Counted from the stretch's first letter, positions 39,692-51,647 are shown. The stretch: 64,000 nucleotides of DNA from Octopus sinensis (GCF_006345805.1 NC_043015.1:27094001-27158000); one strand, 5' to 3'. Numbers and translations are program-made. The notes: generated from the sequence alone by a model not told the origin.

Positions 39692-40004
39692 TATATATAT
39701 CACATCAGGAATCTTGCAACACAAATTCATAAACATATATCTGTATATTCATTCAGAAAGCGTCATTATTGAACTCCACAACACATTCGCTCCTGGCAAT
39801 CAACGATCAACTTAGGAGTGAGAGAATCATTAAAAGGGTGTTAATGTAGCAGCCATTCTACCCCCCCCCCCAAATCCTAGAGCTAGCTACTTAATCTTAC
39901 TTAATCATGTTTATATCTGTAGCGTTTTGCAAATAAGACAAATAAGAGACAGAGTTAAATTGTCTTTGCCTCAACTGCAAATATTTTCTCCCCTTAGAAA
40001 ATAA

Positions 40005-40387
40005 CTAGCAGTATCGCCCGGCGTTGCTCGGGTTTGTAAGGGAAATAACTCTATAAGCATTTTTAGAGATGTAAAGTATAATAGCCATCTCAATATGGCT
40101 AACCACAAAGGGGGTGGGGTGTTACTTTAGCTTTTTACGTAAATTTTTAGAGAGTTACTTCCCTTATATATGCCAAAAATGCATTAAAAATGGGAAAAAT
40201 TGATGGTAATTTTTTTTTTAAATCGTAAACTCATCGTAGACGCGCGCTAATACCCAGAAGAGCTCGATATGAATCACGACTATAAGATACCCGGTTTTGG
40301 TTAAACTGCACCGCAAAATGTGGGAGTAGTTAGGAATCTAAATCGTAGGAGACAGACAGCACACAAACTTACTTTTATATATAAAGA
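40005..40387 (-). mobile_element. Non-autonomous Helitron
   Basis: Minus strand: 5' A|TC (40387-40386), 3' hairpin CCCGAGCAACGCCGGG (40017-40032) then CTAG|T (40008-40005), no TSD. These are canonical Helitron ends. Confidence 0.85.
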
Positions 40388-42029
40388 TATGTCCGCTCTA
40401 ACGTCTCAAGCTCCTCATGTGCACACTTAATACAGACAATTAACAAGAAACTCTTGAAGGAAATTGCTTGAGTAAAGTAGATATCGTTTGATAATCGATC
40501 CCGTAATCTACATGGTTTCATTAAGCAGTGATGCTCGTTAATTCCATAAAATGCTATGATATACCATTTTACATGCAACCTTCTTACAGATTCTCTTTTC
40601 AAATACGTTGCATGTTTTCCAATATTTATTCTTAACAATTGAATCCTTCGCTTAAAACTCATTTAAAATCATTCATTTATTCAAAATTCTTTTTGTTTTT
40701 GTTACTGCTGCTACTGCTGCTGCTATTGTTTTCTTCTTTTTCCTGTTCGAGTATTCTATTCGTCTTCGTCCTCTTTTTTCGTCGTCATCACCATTATTGT
40801 CTTCATTTCCCTCCTCTTCTCACTTTAAGTCTATAACCATAACAACTCCTTCTCCTCCTCCTTCTTCATCTTCCCCTTCTAGGTTTTTCTTCTTTCTTGC
40901 TTTTCTGATTCTTCGTCTTCGTCTTCTGATTTTTTTCCAGCATCATTGTCGTCATCATCATCATCATCATCATCATCGTCATCATCTTTTTTTTTTCGCC
41001 TTCTCCTCCTGCTCCTTATCCTTTTCCTCGCCTGCTCTTCATCCTCTTCATCAGCCTCAAACAACTCATCTTCTTTTTCATCTTCCCCTCTCTGTTTATC
41101 CTCGTCATCATCTTTCTGCTTCTTCTTGATCTCCGCCTTATCTTTCTCCCTTTCCTCCTCCAGGTCAGCCATTATAGTGTGTAGGCCTGTTTCCTGCCAT
41201 GACTACCTCGTTTAATTAGATATAAGGAATTTATATTAACTTATGTAACGTTTGTTGTTGTTGTTGTTGTTTGATTGTTTATCTTCGAGATGACAACAGA
41301 TGATCGAAAGGAAACTTGGCATCTCTTCCTAGCAATGCAGAAACGACGGAGACTCCGCTCAACCAGATTTTAGTGGGATGCAGTCCTTAAACGGTTTTCT
41401 TTTTTCGAAAATGGCACGTGACATTGAAAATAAACAAATATGTTTAGATTTTAGAACCCTCCTTTTCCAAAAATGGTAATCGACTTAACCGAGAAAAATT
41501 CTTTCATTTCGTAGAATACAGCACAAATCTTATTAAGCCAATGACTTCAACAAAATCCGAACAACTCAACAAGATAACCTCTATGTGGTCACCCGTCCTG
41601 CTAAAAATAATAGCCAAATTCTCCAGTGGATCACTGGACCCATTTTTAAAAAGGGAAAAACGTATTGTACGATGTTGTCGTAGAAAATTTATGAGAAATA
41701 AATAAATAAAAGAAATGGTGAGTTATAGCTGGAGCATTGATAATCATTGATCCACAGAACTGATGAACTACATCCAAAGTAACCTTAAAACAGAAAGAGC
41801 CTCAATGCGGTCACTAAACCTGCTAGAAATATCAGCTAAAATTTCCTCAGATCACACCCAGCTATATTTAAAACATAGATATAGAGTGACCACAACTGGA
41901 TTCTTTCAGCGTAGTTTTGCTGGCTAAAGGTTGAACTGGGCCAAAGCAACAACAACAGCCACTACTACAAAATAATCTCCGCTGTAGTTTGATCCCGAAA
42001 TCTCAAAAGTTCAATATCAATTTTCTTAC

Positions 42030-42600
42030 TAGCCGAGAAAGGGGCAAAGCCCATCACCATTTCCGTTGTCCAAGACTGAGGAGATGGGTAGCATTAATAT
42101 CTTTCTTGAATGTCTGTCAGACTCTCTGAAGAGAAAATATGAATGGAGAGGGTCGACGTTCAGAGGACGAAAGATTGGGCATAGGGATTCGTGCAGGACC
42201 AGGAGGATGGGGTAATGGACACAACTTGTTTGATGACAGAAGTGGTGAGTGGGATAGGAATGCCTGGGTGGAAGTAGCCATGAACCCAGACAACTCCGAA
42301 GAGCAGAGGCCATTATAGGAGAGATAGAAAAGGCAGATAGAGTGGACAGTGCACTAGTGGACCAGAGGCCGAAGGATGTCTAAGAGTGATTTTATGATCC
42401 ATGTTTGTAGTAATTCTTGATACTCTGATATGAGAGCAATACTCCATTGTGGTCTGCTCTCTAGCATTGTAGTGAACGAAGAAATTGCTTAAGGAAGAAA
42501 CATCCTTTGAACTTGAAGTACAAGTCGTTGGAATTGGATCAAATCTCCCCAAAACTTTCAAAGTTTGAATATAAAGCGCCCACGATTCCAAAGTAAGGAG
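42030..42600 (-). mobile_element. Decayed LINE (Jockey/I-group-like) post-RT tail
   Basis: A TTMEYCSHI motif (RPxMEYCSHIW-like) in a frameshifted context. Confidence 0.4.
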
Positions 42601-42818
42601 ACAACCAAGTTTCATATATCAATATTTTAGTTCAGCAAAATAGCTCCATTTGAAAGAAATAGCCATTTCATTCATATGATCCATTACTGTTTAAAAATCA
42701 AAGGGAAGGAAACATTAGATCGTGTGCTCTTGTTTATCATGAAAAATATAGCCCGGTTTGTCACAACTGGAACACCTACTTGCATAGATTTCCGGAATCA
42801 ATGCTGACTTCGAACAAA

Positions 42819-42860
<42 letters not shown>

Positions 42861-43344
42861 TAGATAGATAGATAGATAGATATATATAATACAAGGCTAG
42901 TGCTTCCATCGTTAAAAGTTAGCTGATAGGTTTGAAGTCATGGGGGTAGAAAAGGAGATAAATACATGGAATACAACAACAGTGTGCAAAATAAAGTAAG
43001 TAAACGAAAGGAGTTACGTAATAGTCTTTTCTTGACAGCTGTTTCGGAAGCACCATGGCTTTCATTTTAACCATGCTCATGCGCAATAAATATCCATAAT
43101 GTCGTTGGTATGATTAATAAAATAAGTTCCAATGGATTTGTTAGGCGAAGTCAAGTCACCCACATCGGAAGAAATATATTACAAATGTGCTTTCAATGGG
43201 AATACACGCATTAAATTTAATTGTGTTTATCAACATCCTTCTCTTCTTCCCACTCTCTTTCTTCCTCTTTCTTTCTCCGTCCCTCTGTCTTTCTTTCTCT
43301 CTCTCCATTCTCCTCTTTCTCTATCGATACACTCACATGTGTAT

Positions 43345-43391
<47 letters not shown>

Positions 43392-43398
<7 letters not shown>

Positions 43399-43662
43399 AT
43401 CACGTGACCGACCAGACCATCAGATGTTGCTACACATCGCTGGTCACAATGCGCTTCACATTGTTTTAGCCTTCAAATGACGCCACCCCGCGGGCTAAGC
43501 GAGCAGGCCAATATATATATATATATTATATATATATATATATATATCACGTGATCACGTGACCGACCAGACCATCAGATGTTGCTACACATCGCTGGTC
43601 ACAATGCGCTTCACATTGTTTTAGCCTTCAAATGACGCCACCCCGCGGGCTAAGCGAGCAGG

Positions 43663-43666
<4 letters not shown>
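43392..43666. repeat. Two identical 120-bp units (43392-43511, 43547-43666) separated and flanked by (TA)n
   Basis: Each begins with the 16-bp palindrome TCACGTGATCACGTGA and ends GCGAGCAGGCCAA. Period 155. Confidence 0.9.
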
Positions 43667-43706
<40 letters not shown>

Positions 43707-43739
43707 TGTGTGCGTGTTTTTGTATGTTTATATATATAT

Positions 43740-45597
43740 GGTGCACTGTAGGATAGGGCCACTCCTGGAAAACGATGGCACACTCACAGGAAATCCAATG
43801 AGGGTAAGTGAAATACTAAATGAGCAATTCAAGAATATTTTCACTCCACCCCTAGGGCATTTTCAAGTCAGCAATCCAACTGACTTCTTTGCCACTTCAG
43901 ATATAAAATCAGAGGCAGCGATGATTGATTACATCAATATAAAGGAAGACGATGTAATAAAGGCTATTGATGAAATGAAAACAAACTCAGCTACTGGCCC
44001 CGATGGATTCCCAGCAATCCTTCTAAAAGTATGTAAGAGAGTCCTAGCAAGACCACTGCAGTTCCTCTTTCAGAGCTTCCTTGCAACTGGCAAACTTCCA
44101 AGAAAACTGAAGGAAGGTAAAATATGCCCTATTCATAAAGGAGGTAGCAGAGCGGAGGCCAAGAACTACAGACCTATCTCTCTGACCTAACACATCAGCA
44201 AGTTCATGGAACGAATAGTCAGAAGGAAATTAATCACCTTCCTTGAAGAAAATGACTTGCTGCCTGACACCCAACATGGTTTCCGACCAGGAAGACACTG
44301 CTTAACTCAGCTCCTACAGCACTATGACTGGGTGCTGAAACGACTGCTCAACCACTCAAATGTGGAAGTGATATATCTCGACTTTGCAAAGGCCTTTGAT
44401 AAAGTCGATCATAGAAATGATATGTCACAAACTGTGTGATCTTGGCATAGTTGGAAAATTGGGAGAATGGCTTCATGACTTTCTGAAGAATAGAAGTCAG
44501 GTGGTAGTAGCCAATGGGGCCACTTCCATTAACACGCAAATAGTGAGCGGTGTCCCGCAAGGCACTGTTCTGGGACCACTACTGTTCATAATGGCCCTCT
44601 CAGACATGCCCTCAGCCACGTACAGAGCCACGATCACAAGTTATGCAGATGATACAAAAGTTTCACAGGCAATACAGAACTCTGAAGACACTAAGCACCT
44701 GCAATGTGAGCTGGACAAAATATACGAGTGGGCTGAAAAGAATAGCATGCAGTTCAATGCTGAAAAGTTTCAAGCTTTATACTATCAGCATGCAAAACTA
44801 AATGCAATACACAATAAATACACTGGACCTGAAAGAATTGCAATCCCAGAGGCACAATCAATGCGAGACCTGGGTATTTACATGAGTGATGATGCAACCT
44901 TTCATGTGCATGTTGCTAAATTGGCAATGAAATGTAGGCGGCTGACCGGATGGATTCTTAGAACCTTTAGAACAAGAGACCAGGAAACCATGATGGTCCT
45001 CTGGAGGACACTTGTCCTAAGCCACTTTGACTATTGCTCTCAGCTATGGTCACCATCCAGTGTCAAGTTAATCACAGAACTTGAGGCGATCCAACGAAGC
45101 TACACGAAGAAGATAGCCTCTGTGCAGCATATAATCTATTGGGAAAGACTCAAGAGATTGAGACTCTATTCCTTAGAGCGTAGGCGAGAAAGATATGCCA
45201 TAATATACATCTGGAAGATCCTCGAAGGACTTGTTCCAAACTTTGTCATCGAGAGTTACACAAATGCCAGAACTGGGCGCCACTGCATAGTGCCAAGGAC
45301 TCCAAATTTGCCATCAAGATGTAGGACAAGATACTGTGATAGCCTGGGCTTCCGAGGCTCACAGCTCTTCAATATCCTCCCGAAGAACCTAAGAGACCTG
45401 CACGGGGTGGATGCAGATGTCTTTAAAATGAAACTGGATCTCTTCTTATCAGGTGCCCCAGATGAACCGACGGCAGGGGGTGCAGATGAGGGCAGCTGCA
45501 TCGAACTCTCTCATGCACCAAATGGCATTTGCTAAAAAGCATTCCTGCAGTAAAATCATGTAGCGACACCAAATGGCCACAGCTTGTGAGCTGAAAC
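43740..45597 (+). mobile_element. CR1-group LINE, 5'-truncated copy (RT + 3'UTR)
   Basis: GPDGFP, YRPISLT*, QHGFRPG, YLDFAKAFDKVDH, SGVPQGTVLGPLLF and YADDTK. It aligns with 49217-51085 (4 differences in a 60-nt sample). Stop at 44188-90 and a frameshift near 44411. Confidence 0.95.
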
Positions 45598-46200
45598 AAA
45601 ATATAAAATTTTTTTTAAAATGTATGTATACGTATTTCCGGTTCCGGCAGGGAAAGTCGTGTATCGCCTTTGCTCTGTTTAAAAAAGGCAGAAAGTGTGC
45701 ATAAATCGGTGAAATAATCTACTGAAAGTCACAAATTCAACTCATAAAGTCCACTACAACACTTCGGTTACAAATATATTAATCAAAAACGTAATATATT
45801 TTGCCTGAAGCCAAATACAGTAATAATTTTTCTTTTCGCCGAAAACGCACATGGTGGAAAAATTCACTGAAGTAACTTATCTCCTAGAAGAAGGAAAAAG
45901 AAACATCTCCTGGAAAATAATCCCGTAAACCACAAAAAATCCAGACCACATCGTTGGATTAAGTATCACTTTCATCTTCTATTTCAGATTATGTTTATTA
46001 TCCTATTTTATCCCCCTTAACTTAAGCCCACATCTCTGTTAAAGTTACGATCGCCATTTTTGTTTTGTTTACATATATATCTGTTCTCGAAGGCAGAAAT
46101 TGGCTTCAGAATTAAATAACCCTTTCTTCACACTTTAATATATATATTTTAATATATTTTCACTCATTTTTTTTTTTTTCACCTTCCTTCTCTCCCCGTC

Positions 46201-46238
<38 letters not shown>

Positions 46239-46370
46239 CGTGTATGTATATATGTGTGCGTGTATGTATATATGTATGCGTATATATGCATGGACGTGAA
46301 CTTTCACGAACTTTAGATAGATAAATAATCTTTCCTCTCTTTCTTACCCTCTCATCTCTCCTCTTTCAGA

Positions 46371-47118
46371 TACTCTATCTTCTAATTAGCCTTAAGATTA
46401 AATAACGTTTAATATTGTTTAATATTGTTTAACATTGTTAATAATTTTTCAGATACTCTATCTTCTAATTAGCCTTAAGAATAAACAACGTTTTTACCCA
46501 CACTTTAACATCTTCTAATTTTTTACCCACACTTTAATATCTTCTAATTAGCCTTTTACCCACATTCTAATATTTGTTAATATATTTTCAGATACTCTAT
46601 CCTCTAATTAGCCTTAAGATTAAATAACGTTCTTATCCACACTTTAACATTTTTACCCACACTTTAATATATTTTTGAATACTCTATCTTCTAATTAGCC
46701 TTAAGATTAAATAACGTTTTTACCCACACTTTAATATAATATTAATATTGTTAACATATTTTCAGACACTCTATCTCTTAATTAGCCTTAAGATTAAATA
46801 ACGTTTTACCCACAAACTTTAATATTGCTAATATACTAATACTCTATCCTCTAATTAGCCTTAAGATTAAATAACGTTTTTATCCACACTTTAACATTTT
46901 TACCCACACTTTAATATATTTTTGAATACTCTATCTTCTAATTAGCCTTAAGATTAAATAACGTTTTTATCCACACTCTAATATAATATTAATATTGCTA
47001 ATATATTTTCAGATACTCTATCTCCTAATTAGCCTTAAGATTAAATAACGTTTTTACCCACAAACTTTAATATTGTTAATATTTTTTTCAAATACTCTAT
47101 CTTCTAATTAGCCTTAAT
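46371..47118 (+). repeat. AT-rich minisatellite (about 73-87-bp monomers) directly upstream of LINE ORF1
   Basis: The core (T/C)ACTCTATC(T/C)TCTAATTAGCCTTAA starts at 46371, 46454, 46593, 46680, 46767, 46840, 46927, 47014 and 47093. Confidence 0.9.
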
Positions 47119-47178
47119 ATCTTCTTGTCTTCTCTCGAACATAGTTAGATAGATAAACAAATAGACAGATTATCCAGC

Positions 47179-48085
47179 ATGTCCAGAGCCTGGAGACCTG
47201 ACGAACTAGATTTATTTGTACGAGCCTGGGAGTGCGCCGACGGAGATAGCCCTAGCGAGGTGATTGCGGCTGCGCTGAAGAACAACGGCTACAAGAGGAC
47301 AGCGGCTCAGATGGAGTGAAAGAGACGGGAATTCGTGCGCTCATATGCGCTTGTACGGTCGCATATTGGCGCACTTGATGCCATCTTTGAGAACGAGCGG
47401 GGCAAAGATGGCAAGAATGGAGACGATGAAAGAAGTCACCCCCAACTGGTGGACGCCCGGGAGGAGGTTTTGAATGAGAAACCTGCCCGGGAAGTGAACC
47501 CAGGTGCAAGTTCTCCAACCGGCAGCAAGGGCCATGGAGACGGAGAACGCGGTGAAGAGGTAGAGGGAGGAGGAAGAACTAAAAGAAGGACTGGAAGAGC
47601 TAAAGGAAAAGCTCAAGCAGGACCAAAGGGTAGAAAAACCAGGAATAGAAGTGGAACCGCAAAAGATGGAAACAAACAGCGCACACGGGTGTGTAGGTTC
47701 TACCTGAGAGGTTCCTGCTGGCATGGAAAGGAAGGTGCAGGCTGCCGCTTTGCACATCGGGGACCCTGCCACAGAGACACGAGGCAGATGGACAAACCAT
47801 CAACACAAGGAAAAGGGATGGACCACATACCACTTGCCCCAAAGCGGAGGTACGCAGATGTTGTGCGTGCCACAAACCGCCAGCATGATGTTGTCGAAAG
47901 GGCAGCTGCTGAGCAAGAATCTTTTTTTGTGCATGGCACAAAAGATTGTACAGCAGCTGACCTGGCTTCATCAAACCCAAGCCCGCAGGTGGGACTACCC
48001 ACTATATACCAGACCACCACAGCAAACAGACCCAGGATGGACACCGCCGGCAACAACGTACACCTCACCTCGATGCTCCTACTGA
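47179..48085 (+). pseudogene. LINE ORF1 (Myb/SANT-like N-terminus, CCCH zinc finger), disrupted
   Basis: ATG at 47179 gives MSRAWRPDELDLFVRAWE..VIAAALKNNGYKRTAAQME*KRREF (TGA at 47317-19). CRFYLRGSCWHGKEGAGCRFAH follows. The probable native C-terminus is in the +1 frame, ending at 48085. Confidence 0.7.
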
Positions 48086-51020
48086 ACATCAGAGGACTGC
48101 AAACACTCAGTAACAGGACAAAGATCCCGTTCCTGAGAGACTTTGTTGCATGCAATCAAGCCTTATGCATAGCACTTACGGAAACGCACCTGAAACCGGA
48201 CATAGCAGATGCGGAGTTACACATACCACAGTATGCTGTACTACGGACCGACAGGAAAGAAAGGAGTCATGGAGGTGTTGCTATGTACATCCGTGAGGAC
48301 CTCACACCCCAGGTCCTCTTGTCATACTCAAACTCGGTGTGTGACACACTAATTGTACATATTAGGCAACTTGATGTAGTTGTGTGTGCTACATATCGCC
48401 CTCCAGATGCCCCAAGCCATGTGGGCAAGTTTGAAGACTGCCTTATAAAAATAGAAGTTCTAACCACATTAGAACAACACATAAGTGTACTTCTTGTGGG
48501 AGACTTCAATCTGCCCAATGTCAGATGGCCCGAGGGCCTTTCTCTCCCAGGAATGACAAGATGTGAACGAGGACAGGCGAGGTCCCTTCTGAACCTCATC
48601 AACACCCTGTACATGGAGCAGGTAATACTCCAACCAACCAGGGCAGGTAACACACTGGATCTCTGCTTCACAAATGACATGGATCTCATCCATAATGTGA
48701 AAGTGACACCGACATTACTCTCGGATCACAACATGATAGAGCTGACCATGTACGGGCCAAAAGAGAGCACGGACATGCAGCCTACAAGAAACCCTCAGAA
48801 TCTTTCCAGCTTGAACTACCATAAGGCAAACTGGAAACAAATTGAGAAAGAGATCCTCAAACAAAACTGGCCTAAATGTCTCTCCTCGCCAGACATTGAC
48901 GTGAAACTTCAACAATTCATGTCTGTAATGCAAGCCATATGCTACAAATGTGTCCCAGAGAGAAAGGCCACTGTACACAAGAACAAAATCCCCAGAGAGA
49001 GGAAAATTTTAATGAGACGGCGTACAAAATTTTCAAATCGCCTAAACAAACAGATTGAAAGCAGTGAAAAGTCCCGCCTAAAAATAAAACTGTTGGAAAT
49101 CGAAAAATGTCTGCAACTCTCCCATGAAAAAGAAAAAGCAGACAAAGAAGCCTGGGCTATAGACAACATAAAATCTAACCCCAGAGCTTTCTACAGGTAT
49201 GCCAAAGAAACAGCTACGGTGCACTGTAGAATAGGGCCACTCCTCGAAAAGGATGGCACACTTACAGGAAAACCAATGAGGGTAAGTGAAATACTGAATG
49301 AGCAATTCAAGAGTGTTTTCACTCCACCCCTTGGGCATCTCCAAATAACCAATCCAACTGACTTTTTTACCACTGCAGATATAAAATCAGAGGCGGCGAC
49401 GATAGATTACATCGATATAAAGGAAGACGATGTAATCAAGGCTATAGATGAAATGAAAACAGACTCAGCTACTGGCCCCGATGGATTCCCGGCAATCCTC
49501 CTAAAAGCATGTAAGAGAGTCCTAGCAAGACCACTGCAGTTCCTCTTTCAGAGCTTCCTTGCAGCTGGCAAACTTCCAAGAAACCTGAAGGAAGGTAAAA
49601 TATGCCCTATTCATAAAGGAGGTAGCAGAGCGGAAGCCAAGAACTATAGACCTATCTCTCTGACCTCACACATCAGCAAGGACATGGAACGAATAGTCAG
49701 AAGGAAGCTGGTCACCTTCCTTGAAGAGAATGACTTGCTGCCTGACACCCAACATGGTTTCCGACCAGGGCGAAGCTGTTTAACTCAGCTCCTACAACAC
49801 TATGACTGGGTGCTGAAACGGCTGCTCAACCACTCAAATGTGGAAGTGATATATCTCGACTTTGCAAAGGCCTTTGATAAAGTCGATCATGGAATGATAT
49901 GTCACAAACTGCGTGATCTCAACATAGTTGGAAAACTGGGAGAATGGCTTCATGACTTTCTGAAAGATAGAAGTCAGGTGGTAGTGGCCACTTCCATTAA
50001 CACGCAAATAGTGAGCGGTGTTCCGCAGGGCACTGTTCTGGGACCACTACTGTTCATAATGGCCCTCTCAGACATGCCCTCAGCCACGCAGAGAGCCAGG
50101 ATCACAAGTTATGCAGATGATACAAAAGTTTCACAGGCAATACAGAACCCTGAGGACACCAAACACCTGCAATGTGAGCTAGACAAAATATACAAGTGGG
50201 CCGAAAAGAATAGCATGCAGTTCAATGCTGAAAAGTTTCAAGCTCTATACTATCAGCATGCAAAACTAAATGCAATACCCAATGAATACACTGGACCCGG
50301 AGGAATAGCAATCCCAGAGGCACAATCAGAGCGTGACCTAGGTATTTACATGAGTGATGACGCGACCTTTCGTGTACATGTTGCTAAATTGGCAATGAAA
50401 TGTAGACGACTGGCCGGATGGATCCTCAGAACCTTTAGAACAAGAGAACAAGAAACCATGATGGTCCTCTGGAGACACTTGTCCTAAGCCACTTTGACTA
50501 CTGCTCTCAGTTATGGTCACCATCCAGTGTCAAGTTAATCACAGAGCTCGAGGCGATCCAACGTAGCTACACGAAGAAGATAGCCTCTATGCAGAATGTA
50601 AGCTACTGGGAAAGACTCAAGAGATTAAAAATATATTCCCTGGAGCGTAGGCGGGAAAGATATGCCATAATATACATCTGGAAGATCCTGGAGGGACGTG
50701 TCCTGAACTTTGGCATCGAGAGTTACGCAAATGCCAGAACTGGGCGCCACTGCGTGGTGCCTAGGACTCCAAACTTGCCATCAAGATGTAGGACAGGATT
50801 CTGTGATAGCCTGGGCTTCCGAGGCTCACAGCTCTTCAATATCCTCCCGAAGAACCTGAGAGACCTGCATGGGGTGGATGCAGATGTCTTTAAAATGAAG
50901 CTGGATCTCTTCCTGTCAGGTGTCCCAGATGAACCAACTTCACGGCAGGAGGGGCAGATGAGGGCAGCTGCATCGAACTCTCTCATGCACCAAATGGCAG
51001 TTTCTGGAAAGCTTTCGTGA
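48037..51020 (+). pseudogene. LINE ORF2: APE endonuclease + reverse transcriptase, one 1-bp frameshift near 50474
   Basis: APE motifs LLLNIRGL, LTETHL, GGVAMYI, GDFNLP, LDLCF and SDHN. RT motifs as in the sister copy. CTGGAGACAC here versus CTGGAGGACAC in the sister copy shifts the tail into frame 50589-51020. Confidence 0.92.
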
Positions 51021-51602
51021 AGTGAAACCAAGTAGCAACACCAAATGGCGGTGCCCCAGCATGGCCACAGCTCATAAGCTGAAACTAGAATCAATCAATC
51101 AATCAATCAATCAATCATACACACATGTGAGTGTATCGAGAGAGAAAGAGAAGAAAGGAGATATATATGTGTGTGTGTGTTTATGTATGTTTATATATAT
51201 ATATAATCACAGAGAACAAGTAAAGCGTATGGGTTGAAGGAAAGCGCAAACATTAATGCAAGTCTCCCTTCGTTAACTGTTGTTTGAATGAGATTAATGA
51301 TTCGGAACACTTATCAGCAACATCGCTCGCATCTTTGTGTCAGGAGATTAATAACAAATGATTTTGGGAAATACGATGGAAAAAACTGGAGAATAGAAAG
51401 GAATTGGGAGGAGATACCGACACATTTTGTTTATAGTATCACGTGAGTGAACGAAAATATACAAACATATACAGAAAAGTACAATAATTTTAGTTACGAC
51501 AAGTAACTGGAGGTCTTTCAGCAGAAGTAAGCAGTATTATTCAAACGACGCTAAAAAGAAAAACAGTTAAAGATGTAATTGTTCGGAGTTGGGTCACTGA
51601 AC

Positions 51603-51639
<37 letters not shown>

Positions 51640-51647
<8 letters not shown>

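Larger units (their letters stand above)
46280..51116 (+). mobile_element. Near-full-length CR1-group LINE with (AATC)7 tail
   Basis: 5' monomer array, ORF1, APE-RT ORF2, 3'UTR with hairpin, and (AATC)7 at 51089-51116. The 5' boundary is approximate. Confidence 0.9.

Noticed and set aside
43440-43511. HDV/CPEB3-like ribozyme (GCGC-TTCACAT..GGCTAA)
   Set aside because: No upstream P1 partner exists, and TTAGCC/GGCTAA simply form a local hairpin.
46371-47118. CRISPR array
   Set aside because: The spacers are mutually homologous AT-rich variants, so this is a minisatellite.
47335-50487. 1050-aa ORF as a host gene
   Set aside because: It is LINE ORF1/ORF2 sequence with a multicopy sister at 43740-45597.
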